Shown in pieces: positions 49,366 through 60,122 of a stretch of DNA of 64,000 nt. Position numbers and translations under genes: made by a program. Source of the DNA: Chiloscyllium plagiosum (Eukaryota). The DNA lies in assembly GCF_004010195.1 (NCBI RefSeq), contig NC_057720.1:7429117-7493116 (forward strand), read 5' to 3'. Every line of letters begins with the position of its first letter. Position 1 is the first letter of the stretch. A model generated the notes under the pieces. It had not been told where the DNA came from and did no database searches. It was given only the letters and a program-made list of their open reading frames with translations.

Positions 49366-50419
49366 ACCAGGTGACCAAGTGCAGGAAACACACCCTGATA
49401 TCCCTCCCCACTCCCCCAGCCCCTCGCCACTCACCCTAACCCAACCCTCAGCTCATTTTCTTCCTCCTCAAGCGCTCAGAGGTGACGAAGACACCCCCGG
49501 TCATCGGAAGCACCAAGAATTGGCCAGTTCAACCAACCTGAGGAAGGTTGGGTTTTACTGGACTTGCTCGATGGGAGCAGACCAACCAGTTGGTTAAATT
49601 AACCAAGCTAGCTGAGGTGCAGAATGATTGCATTGCTAAATGGCTTGCATTTATGTAGCAGTTATCAGGTCCCAGGGCGCTTTGCACGGGCGTAATCAAA
49701 CATAATTTGACATGGAGCACAGAAGGAGATATTCGGACTGGTTGTTCATAGAGACAGGATTGAAACAGACTTGAGCAGAAAGAACAACAGAGGAAATGAA
49801 ATTAATTAAAGACAATGAAAGGAACGCAGAAATATACAATTATGTGGCTCATGGAGTTAGGTAGTCAAAATACAACTCTTTTACACGGACCGGTACTGAG
49901 AAGGTTATAATTATCATTGGTACATTTCTGTGAAAGATTAACGAGAGACCAGTGCAGAGACCTGAAGCAGCACTGTTCCTGCAGCAGCTTCAATCTAATG
50001 GAGCTCAGTAGACTCAGAGAACAGTTCTAAATCTTGGGGAAATAGATGGAGGCAAATATTTCGCAATGGTTTCTCCTTCTCTGCCCTCCAATTCTCAGAT
50101 ACATCTTACAAAGGCAATCTCCAAATGCAGTCAAATTGCAACCATAAAATTAAAATGGGACTAGAAAATGGAAAATAAAAGCAGGTTTTTATTTCAAACC
50201 AACACAGTAGCTCCCTGGGAATAGAACTAACTTATTTCTGGTGCTACTTGTTTAAAACAATTTACTCTCACCCCATTCTGCTCAGCTCAATCATTATCCA
50301 AGTCGAGGAAAAGCCAAACAACAAAAGGCTTCACTGAATTCTTTTAGAAAGAGAGAGAAAGGGATTTTTTTTTTTCGTTTTATTTTTAAAAAGAAGCTGT
50401 CTTCATAAAATCTCCTCAC

Positions 50420-50640
50420 CTGTCTCAAAATCCAACACTGATCAGCAAATCCTTGTGTTTCCTGACACACACGGGCAGACCCAGAGATTGGAAACGACAG
50501 CTGGGTAGGATACGATCGTGTCCTCCTCCCAACTGCAAAAAAGTTGAACGATGGCTGGAGCTTCGCCCCAGATGGGCACGGTACGGGCTCTGAGCTGAGC
50601 AAGACATTGCAAGCCGACCCTCCCCTCTCTTCCTACTCCC
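50420..50640 (-). other. Candidate alternative 5' exon of a minus-strand gene
   Basis: Donor CAG|GTGAGG at 50420/50419; CpG-containing unique sequence upstream; no ATG-initiated frame reaches the donor, so probably UTR. The upper boundary is a guess. Confidence 0.4.
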
Positions 50641-52351
50641 CCCTCCCCAACAACATTCTCTAAACAAAACGCGAGGTAATCTGCAGATGATGGCTATTAA
50701 CAAATAGTTAGCGTTCGCTTCACAATACGCGGCTTCAAACACTCCTGCTCACCCCCAAGTGTGAAAAAGCAAATAAACATCTGAAGCAGAGAAAACTGTC
50801 TTGATCATGTATTATTGCTTCAGTAAAATACAGCCCGAGCGTGGAGTGGAAAGAGGTTAGGGCTTTCTTACATCGATAAAGGGAGACGAGCTGATGCTTG
50901 GTTGCTGAATTTAAAAGGCTCTCTCCCTCGCACCAAAGCAACAGACGCAGCGACAGATTTCACTCCTTGCTGGTAGCTCCTCTTTCCCCAGCGTTTGGCG
51001 TTTGCAGGAAACCAAGTTCTGCACCTTGCGAACAAATGGTAAATGCCGAAAATGCTAATTATTTGATCTTTTCTTCCCCTTTATTCCTCGGTGCAACAGA
51101 GGCTGAGTTCGACTGGGGTTTGAAATTTGCAGACGCCTCGTTCAAAATGCATAACACAGAATATTTTTTGGTGTGCGTGTGTGTATGAAAATCTTTTTTT
51201 TTAAAATTAAATCTCTATCCTCCTTTTATTCCAACTGGCTCTATCTATATTAAGCTTTCCACATTCACAGGCCCCTGTTGTAGTCAGGATCAAGACTTCA
51301 CAAAGATTCGCCAGCGCTTTCTTTTTGTGTGTGTGTGAAATCTGAACTTCTGGCAAATGTACAGAGATTCTGCCCTACTCTCCCTTGCAAGGTAGATCCC
51401 AGTTTCTTCCCTCCCAGCACCCCCTCCTTGCCCTCCCCCCCAAAAAAAACACACAAAACTTTTCATCAACTACAAACTACAGAGAAATTGCAAGTTTACA
51501 GTAAACACGCTGCGTGTTAATTGTTCCTTTTTTAAAAAAAACCCTCTAGCGTTACAGAAACAAGCCTCCCCGTTTCACAAAATTCACAGCAAAGTGAAAA
51601 CCTTCAATCTGAAGTTTTCTCTTTTTGTCTCAATTGAGGCGATGATCTGAAGAACTTTGATATGTTAATACAGCATCCCCCTCCGCAAAGCCCTTCAAAC
51701 CGGCTGAGAATGGCATTAAATTGATCGGCGGGACTCTTAAATAGCAATCATCTATTTTTTATACATGTAAAAGATAAAGTTGAGAAGGCGAAGGTGGGAG
51801 GGGAGAGAACAGAGGCATCAGAGAGGGAAGCAAACAACTGGTCATTTGTTCGATTGGATGATCTCAGACGATTCCATACTCCTTTGGAATACAGATTTTG
51901 ATTTCCTTAAATCAGACTCTGCGCGCCTTCTCTAATCATTCCAGCCACACACACACATACATTTAAGGACATTTCCATTTGGAGAAAGAAACCTCCACAA
52001 AGCTGAACACACAGGGTCTGCATACAGACAGCTACTTTCAACCCTTATAGTTTTGGAGGGGTTAAGTTATTTTTTTCCGCTATTGGTCTTTGAACGCTGG
52101 CTGTTTGGGAAATCCCCCCCTCACACAACAAATGGGAAGATTTTGAACTAAACGATTTTGCAATTCTTTTGAAAGGATTGAAAGATTCAACTCCACGCAT
52201 AATGCAAAAAAAAACAAGTGATTCTTAAAAGACTCGCTCATAACAAACTCCCCACCTCCGGTGCATGTATTAAAAAAAAAGACTTTCTATGCAATAATCT
52301 GAACTAATTTTCTGTACCGTCCGTCTAGCCTTCGCTTTTAATTGCTTCCAT

Positions 52352-52390
<39 letters not shown>
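52352..52390. repeat. (CT)n(CA)n compound microsatellite
   Basis: Visible compound run. Confidence 0.95.
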
Positions 52391-52503
52391 AGTTCGGCAG
52401 AGCTGGGTACAGGAGATGTTTAAACATACTCACTCGCACAAAAATAACCCTTGAGTTCATCTGGCTGATACGTGCAAGCCTTCCCCAAGATAAAAGCGCT
52501 TAC

Positions 52504-52543
52504 CTTGCTTTCTCCGGAGTGGAAGAGGGTGTCCTGAAGACAT
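52504..52543 (-). other. Candidate first coding exon segment MSSGHPLPLRRKQ (phase 1) or uORF
   Basis: ctgaaacATG (A at -3) at 52543, 13 codons plus 1 nt, then a strong donor AAG|GTAAGC; alternative donor CGA|GTGAGT at 52434/52433; protein not recognised. Confidence 0.4.
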
Positions 52544-54357
52544 GTTTCAGAAGGGGGCCGCCCGAAGTGGTTAAAGAAAGTCAAATCCAGACGAGAAGCC
52601 CCTCACATCAACACCAGGCTAAAACCTTTAGGGCAGGCGTTTGCAGAGTGAATAATCTGGGCGTATTCCCCCAGCTCTCCCTCCCCAGGAGCTGCCGCTG
52701 ACTTGGAGCATTTGAGTTGGGGGGGGGGGGAGAGGGTCCAATCTGTCTGGGGGTGGGGGTAGATGAATCCTTTTAAGTCCAAGCAGTTTGCAAAGCCTGA
52801 CGCCCCATGCTTGCCGAGACCGAATCTGGCGTTTTAAAAGCACCGTGTATATATACACAGAGGAAAGAGGGAGAAAGAGAGGCGGCAACTGAGCTCAGAA
52901 TTGCAATGAAACCCTTCTCTCTGTCTCTCCGGTTGCTGATGTAGACTTCATTTGCATTTCCCAAGATGACATTTGGCCCCTAAGGCGAGAATCCAGTGCC
53001 AGCCCCCTTCCTCCTTGATTCACATTTTCAGATGCTCCTTCCATGTGTGTTTAAGCAATGGGAGACACAGCGTGGAGCAGGGTGGGGGGAGTGTGAGGGG
53101 AGGGGAGGGGAGAGGAGACGCGGTGGACAGCACTTCAGCAGCAGCTTGAACACACTAAAGGCAGCAACAGACAGACTGAAAAGCCGAGTGCACAATCAAT
53201 GCAGGCCCCTTTGGATGGGCTGGGAGTGGGGGTGGGGGTGGGGTGGGAGGGGGCTGGAGGGGAGAGGCAAGTTCTGACACAGAGTCCGTACTCGCCCTGA
53301 ACTGGAGTTACCAGATGTTGAAAGAAATACGGGGGTGGGGGATTGATTCCACCAAACGGAGCCCCTGCACTGTCCAGTTCAGCACAGGCAAGGCTCGTGT
53401 AGAAATTCCTCGCCAGAAACAAAATAAAAGAGAAAGCAAACAGTTTAGATAAATGCCGACAGCGCAGTGTGTTCAATCCCTGTCCTATTGAATAAGGATA
53501 TTTTGAAACAGTTGTTCAGGCTACAGGGATCAAAGAATATGGAAAGGAACCAGGCTGAATGAGCTGGATGATCAGCCATGATTATACTGAACAGCATGAG
53601 GAGACTCAAAGGGCCGAACGGCCGACTCCTACTCATGGTTTCTGCTTCTGCTATTGTCCCGTTTCAGGGTCTGAGATTCCCCCTTTTAAATTCTTGTCTG
53701 GGGTGTGGATGTTGACGTTAAGGGTGGGATTTGTGATCCATGCCTCGACGTGGCTCTCTCGGCCACTTCAGAGGGCAATTAGGAGTCAACCGCATTGCTG
53801 AGATTCCGGACTTCCAGATACTCTCCTCCATCCTGCCTCAGTTTACGGTCCAGGACACTCCCACCCTGAGTATTATTGCCTGGTTTGGAGTGTGCAACAG
53901 TCCTATTCCTTATATTTAAAAAAATCTTTTTGATTGGGATCTTAAACCCAGAGCCTTCTGAGGAGGTAGAATTTCTTGTGACAACTATTTTGCAGTTTCT
54001 CTCCGGCCAGTCTCTTTTTCTCCCCCTGAGCTGACAGTATTAGCTAATTTTCTGCTGGTTACAGCATTCGAGCGTTGTAAGTGCTGCGCACCTATTGGTT
54101 GAGGTAGCCTTATTTTCTCTCTCACAGGGTCTTTCGTCTTTGGATTTCTCTCCTCCCCGATGAAGGCGAAGGCTGGGTCATTAAAATATTCAAGGCTGAG
54201 TTACAATGGACAAAGAAGTCAAGGATTAACACAGCAATCTGGAAAACAGGAGCAGGAGGAGTCATTTGTCGCTTTGAGTGCTCTCCCCCTTCATCATGAC
54301 CATCCAATGCAGCACTCTGTTTCTGCTTTCACCACTTTCACTTCCTTTGGTCTCTTC

Positions 54358-54628
54358 AGATTAGATTCCCTACAGTGTGGAAACAGGCCCTTCAGCCCAA
54401 CCAGTCCACCCAGACCTGTTTACCCTGCATCTAACACTACAGGCAATTTAGCATGGCCAATTCACCCAACCGGCACATCTTTGGACTGTGGGAGGAAACC
54501 GGAGTACCCGGAGGAAACCCACGCAGACATGGGGAGAATGTGCAAACTCCACACAGTCAGTCACCTGAGGCTGGAATTGAACCGGGGTCCCTGGCGCTGT
54601 GAGGCAGCAGTGCTAACCACTGAGCCAC
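54358..54628 (-). mobile_element. HE1-type V-SINE nested in a minus-strand CR1 fragment (~54243-54955)
   Basis: gattagattccctacagtgtggaaacaggccc...ggaaaccggagtacccggaggaaacccacgcagac...gcagcagtgctaaccactgagcc. Confidence 0.9.
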
Positions 54629-56901
54629 TCCCAAAGCTGTCCACATCTAACACCTTCTTGAAATTGCTTAATGTTTTGTTCTTGACTGCATTATGCAGAA
54701 TGAAAATTCCACGGGTTCACCAAGAAAATTCCATGGGTTTCTCCCCATCTCAGTCCTAAAATGATCTAACTCCCCCGCCCCACCATGTCCTTAGACTGTG
54801 ACCCCTGGTTCTGGACTCCCTAGTCATCAGGAACTTCCTTTCTGCACCTGCCTTGGCTAGTCCCGGATGAACTTTACAGGTTTCTGTAAGGTCCCCCTCC
54901 TCACTCTTTCAGCGATCTAATTCGAACCGATTCAATCTGTCCTCATACATCAGTCTGGTAAAAAGATGGGGGATTATGGGAGAGGGCGCAGCAGACAAGA
55001 AAAAGAAGTTGCAACCACAATCAGATAGCCATGAATGGCAGAGCAAGCCTGAGAGGTCATCCTGCCGTAATAAATCTTGCTAAAATAGTGACTACATTTA
55101 AAATACTTCATTGGTGATTTAAAAAAAAATGCTGATAGGGATGTCCAGAGGTTGTGAAAGGCTCTGTGTAAATGGAAATCTTTCTCTCAAAGATGACGTA
55201 TTCCTTGTTCAACTTTGCAACAATTCAGCATGACGTGTAGCCTCCACCCCATTAAGCAACCAGGAGTCAAGATGAACCATGATCAGGACACTGTCAATGA
55301 AGGGAAAACTGGCTCATGTCAAAAGATCCGGGCCTTTTTTTTATTGCTGTCTCCCCTCCCACTACCCTAGCCTAGCCACAACCCCACATCCCTCTCCCAA
55401 ACTGTTTCCATCCAATTTATGTCATTTGGACATCTGCATCAAGGGCAGATATTCCCTTCCTCAACAAAGCAGCTAATCCCATGTGAGCTCAAATTTTAAA
55501 AAATACAGCCCCCTCACATGGACTTTGCAACCACGGGGGTCAGCTCAGAAACCCCAAGGTAATCACTGAATCCCAACAGTGTGGAAGCAGGCCATTCTGC
55601 CCATCAGGCCTGCACTGTTGCTCTGAACAGCTTCCCACGCAGACAAATACGATGAAAAGGGGGAATAGAGAACTGAATTGGATGGTCAGCTATGATCACA
55701 TTGAGTGGCGGAACGGGTTGGATGGACTAAAGGGCCTACTCCTGCTCTCATTTTTCAGGTTTCTATAAAATAATTTTAAGAACACCAAATGGTTGTCTTT
55801 TCCCAACTCAATGGCAACCTTGGGACCCTTATCAAGCTGTTCCGACTGTGATCAGCAACTCATGAACTCCATTTTATGATAACTCCTAATACAGATCAGC
55901 TTTCCCACTGTATGCTTTAGATCATGGAATGATACAGCACAGAAGGGGGTCATTTGATGGTGCTTTCAAAGAGTGATCCAATTATTTTCACTCCTCGCCA
56001 GCTCTTCCCCGCCTCCTCCCCACCGCACCCCCCTCCCCACCCCACCAGTGGCTCTAAAATTATTTCCCCTTCAGGCATTTATCCAAGTCTGTTTGAAAGT
56101 TCCCACTGAATCTGTTTCCACCACCCTTTCAGGCAGCACATTCCAGACCTTAATATGCCACGTCAAAAAGATAGAAATTCTCATGTTGTCTTTGATCTAA
56201 GAGTTACCTCTGCTCTTTACATCAGTGCCATATTCAATGTTGCTTTTTAATTTCTCCTGGAGTTTTAACTCAAAAACAAAGCATTCTAAATTTTCTTGGA
56301 AACAAGGGGTCATCACAATCAAGCTTTCTCCCAGTTTCTTAAAAACTACTGAACTCCTCCCCTTCTCCTGCAATCTCAAAAATCTTTCACAATTCAAATG
56401 TGCTTTGATTTAATAATTGACTTCTTGATTTTCCTCCTCTGTTCTCTTAACTTTATTCCAATCTTACACTGCTGCTCTCCTATACCACGGGACCTTCGCC
56501 TTGCAGAGTAAGCACAAGGATGTAATCTAATCATGAAGGCTACAGATAATGGTCATAAACCGCTCAACACTCGTCTTTACTATTCCTGACATTATCTGAA
56601 GCTTTCCATGAGATAAAGAGTCTTCTGAGGTCACAAATCTGGTAATGGCAGACAAAACATTGCTTCACTATTGAATCGTAGTGTAGCTCAGGAGGTTGCT
56701 CAGCCTCCTGTTTGCTCATGTTAGCTCTCTAGTCAAAGGTTGAAACTTCTGAATGAATTTGCTTCCATCGCCCTTTCAGGCAGCCATTCCAGACCATGAT
56801 TTGCTGCATCAAGACAAATAATTCTCATCTTGCCGCTAGTTCTTCTGTTAATTCTTTTAAAAATTACCTCAGCTGTTTACTTTAGTGCCATCTTCAATGT
56901 C

Positions 56902-57022
56902 ATGATTTGGAGATGCTGGTGTTGGGGCAGAGGTGTACAAAGTTAAAAATCACACCAGGTTATAGTTCAACAGGTTTATTTGGAAGCACTAGCTTTTGGA
57001 GCGCTGCTCCTTCATCAGGTAA
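56902..57022 (-). mobile_element. Penelope-like short element, family B, hammerhead with G12>A change (56988-57020)
   Basis: Minus AC-CUGAUGA-A-GGAGC(AGC)GCUCC-AAAA-GCUA^GU followed by the family-B tail ending ctccaaatcat. Confidence 0.85.
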
Positions 57023-57321
57023 TTGTTCTGACATCTTCTATGTCCAACTCCTTTATGTCTGCTCTTTCAACTATATTGTCCTTTTAAAGCATTGTACAAA
57101 CATTTACATCGACGTCTGTCATGAAGCCTTCTATTGGCACCAAGCAGGGAATGAAATCTTCGAAATTCTCCCTTTGTCCCAGTGATAACCACAGTTCAAA
57201 GAGCCCTAGTTAATGTATCGCCAAACCAGGAGAAAATCTTTAGTCCTTGCCCTCTCAAAGCTCTACATAATTTTGAACATCTCAAGTAGATTTCCCCCTC
57301 ATATTCTCTACTACAATGAAA

Positions 57322-57642
57322 AGTGTGACATGGTGGCTCAGTGGTTAGCACTGCTGTCTCATAGCACTAGGAGCTTGGGTTCAATTCCACCCTTGGGCGA
57401 CAGTCTGTGTAGAGTTCGCACATTCTCCCTGTGCCTTACGGGTTTGCTCTGGTTCCATTCCATAGATGTGAAGGTGAGGTGGAGTTGCCATGCCAAATTG
57501 CCCATAGTGTCTCGGCTAGGTAGGTTAGCGGTGGGAAATGCAGCGTTACAAGATGGGTTGGGTTTGGGTGGGATGCTTTTCAGAGGGTCAGTATAAACTC
57601 AATGGGCTGAATGGTCTGCTTCTACACTGTACAGATTCTATG
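57322..57642 (+). mobile_element. HE1-type V-SINE (older)
   Basis: ggtggctcagtggttagcactgctgtctca...gggttcaattcc...gggctgaatggtctgcttctacactgtacagattcta. Confidence 0.85.
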
Positions 57643-58002
57643 AAAAAGTCCAAGCATTTGATTTGGGTGATTCTTCTGAACTATCCTGTATTAATCTAGT
57701 GAAAAATGCCTGAGACACTTCCCACAGCTACCAGAGATGCACATATATTACAAGGGCAGCTTGGTAAATGTAGAAATTCAATGCTCTTTCCAACATTTAC
57801 ATTAAAACTGGTGATAGCATTAAAATCTCCCAGCCTATGGTAAGCTCAGTGGAACATCACTCATTTGACACAAACACAGAAATTGCTAGAGAAACTCAGC
57901 AGGTCTGGCAGCGAATGTGGAGAGAGAAACAGAGTTGATGTTTCGAGTCCAGAATGACTCTTCTTCAGAAGTAAAATGGTGGAAATTTTGATTTTATACA
58001 CA

Positions 58003-58596
58003 AGTATTTCTCCTGTAACGCACATTCATGAAACATGATTTGGCTGTAACGCCATTAGTGAATTGCGGATCTCTTTTTTTCAGAAAGTGTGCTCCTACTC
58101 GCTGTTCGGCGATTCCATCCCTGGTACCTATTTGATTGGCAAAATACAGCAGATCCTCCGTCTGCAAAAAGCAAATTCACTGTGTTCAGCTAAAACAGGA
58201 ATGTAATCCACCCTGCAAGCCTTGAAACTGAGCTTGAAACTGGGAATTGTAATCTCCATTTAGAAGAAACTTTATTTCAAACCGAGGCGGGGAAGAATCT
58301 TGGGGAGAACTGGATTTCGACGTCAGCATCACGTGGTCAGTCAGTTCACGAGCTTTCTGATGAAGAGCTTCATGAAAGGTACAGTGCTGTAGTCAGTGAT
58401 TGTAGTGTTAAAGTGTTACATTTACTGTATTATTCAATTAAAATATATGATTTAAAGATTTACGAACTGTGCTATCGTTTGTGTTAGGCTAGCTACTATT
58501 TTTGTTTTGATTTTTACTGATATTTTTGGCGTTTCGCCCCCAACCCTGATTTTCCCACAACATGGTGTCACACGGGAAGGCGTTATAGGAGAACTA
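58003..58596. mobile_element. Tc1/mariner (Tigger-like) non-autonomous DNA transposon
   Basis: Inverted termini ttctcctgtaacgc (58008-58021) and gcgttataggagaa (58580-58593); 5' part resembles the MITEs at 3604 and 6693. Confidence 0.55.
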
Positions 58597-58859
58597 AATG
58601 GACTCTCGACAGAGGGAGAGGAGGAACAGGGTGGTGGTGGGGGGAAACAGATGGTGTGGAGGCCCAGTGCAAAAGACAGAGGCATTGTTAGTGGTGGTGA
58701 AAGCGAAAAAGAAATGTAAAATGGACACAAGTTAAGGTGCGAAAGGGAGAAAATGGGCTCTCCATACTCAGAGTAAAGACAGCAAGACAAGGCCTTGAGG
58801 GTGGAGGGGAAGAGGGGGAGGGCGGGATGTAAAAATCTGGAGAACAGACGACATTTGGT

Positions 58860-59034
58860 CAAAGTTAAAAATCACACAACACCAGGTTATAGTCCAACAG
58901 GTTTGTTTGGAAGCATTAGCTTTCAAAGCGCTTCAAAAGCTGGTGCTTCCAAATAAACCTGCTGGATGATAACCTAGTGTTGTGTGATTTTTAACTTTTT
59001 CCATCCCAGTCCAACACCGGCTTCTCCAAATCAT
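58860..59034. mobile_element. Penelope-like inverted short element, family B
   Basis: aaagttaaaaatcacacaacaccaggttat...gaagcattagctttc / aaaagctggtgcttcc...gtgatttttaacttt plus tail ccagtccaacaccggcttctccaaatcat. Confidence 0.85.
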
Positions 59035-59726
59035 TATACGGTCAGGCTCTGTGGGTGTGGAATTTAATACTGAGACTTTAAGGCCGTTAAATGCCCAGCC
59101 GAGGTGAAAAATAAGGTCTTGTCCCTCAACCTTGTGTTGTGTCTTGTTGGAACATTGCAGCAGCCCCAGGAAATAAATATTAGCATGACAGCAAGGAGGT
59201 TTACCCTCACTTTCCAGTGACTTTCAGTCTTAGGTTCATATGAAAGGATACATCAATTTTTCTCCCCACAGAGGCTGCTAGACCTGCTGAGTTTTTCCAG
59301 TTATGGTGAAGAGCGAGGCCATTTGACCCATCATGGGCTACACCAGTGCCATTAGCGAGGACCAACCTCCTGCCTTTTCACCATCTCCCTGTACACCACT
59401 TCTACCATTTTGAGGCCTTCAACTGAGGCTGCCAGTGGATCCTCAGCCTCACTGATACTAATTCACATCGTTAAAAACATTTTAAATTTCTTTTTGTGTT
59501 CATTGGAGGTGGGCTTTGCTGGCTCATCCAACATTTATTGCCCACAGAGCGGTTCAACATCAATGCTGTTGATGTGGAGTCACACAGAGGACAGACCAGG
59601 TAAGGATTTCTTCCCTGAAGGACATTAGCAATCTTCCGGACAACTGTTTCAGGGACATCATTAGAAACTTAATTCCAAGTTTATTTAAACTCAAATTCTA
59701 CATCTGCCATGGTTGGATTTGAACCT

Positions 59727-60122
59727 GATTTTCCTGCTCCTCGGATGCTGCCTGGCTAGCTGTGCTTTTCCAGCACCACTCTAATCTAGATGCAGGAAGA
59801 ATGTTCCCGATGTTGGGGAAGTCCAGGACTAGAGGGTCACAGTCTACGAATAAGGGCTGAGCTATTCAGGACTGAGATGAGGAAGAATGTTTCACTCAGA
59901 GAGTTGTGAACCTGTGGAACTCTCTCCCACAGGAAGCTGTTGGGGCTAGTTCATTGGGTTGATCCATGAGGGAGCTGGATGGGGCCCTTTGGTTAAAGGG
60001 ATCGGGGTTATGGAGAGAAAGGGAGAATGGGATACTGAGATTGCATGATCAGCCATGATCATATTGAATAGTGGTGCAGGCTCAAAGGGCCGAATAGCCT
60101 ACTCCTCCACTGATTTTCTACG
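59727..60122 (+). mobile_element. Chimera: ~61-nt PLE family-A post-cleavage segment fused to a CR1 3' end
   Basis: gattttcctgctcctcggatgctgcc...ccagcaccactctaatct (59727-59787) followed directly by agatgcaggaagaatgttccc...gaactctctcccacag...gggccgaatagcctactcct. Confidence 0.78.

Larger units (their letters stand above)
57868..59302 (-). mobile_element. Older Penelope-like element (family C 3' end, near-intact hammerhead at 57935-57970, decayed endonuclease C-terminus ~59045-59190) carrying two nested insertions
   Basis: Minus UU-CUGAAGA-A-GAGUC(AUUCUG)GACUC-GAAA-CAUC^AA; minus 59110-59170 reads LGLLQCSNKTQHKVEGQDLIF, resembling the PLE GIY-YIG C-terminal LQC...E..LI helix; inverted tail remnant at ~59255-59302. 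Confidence 0.65.

Noticed and set aside
54160..54759. 199-aa ORF, the longest in the window
   Set aside because: Reads through an antisense HE1 SINE and a CR1 fragment; no recognisable domain.
1355..57970. Apparent minus-strand bias of hammerhead cores (about 10 minus vs 4 plus)
   Set aside because: Sample too small, and many elements are palindromic; no orientation selection can be claimed from this window.
58358..58380. ctgatgaagagcttcatgaaag resembling a hammerhead core
   Set aside because: No closing stem II pair before GAAA and no palindrome or NUH after it; lies inside the Tigger-like element.
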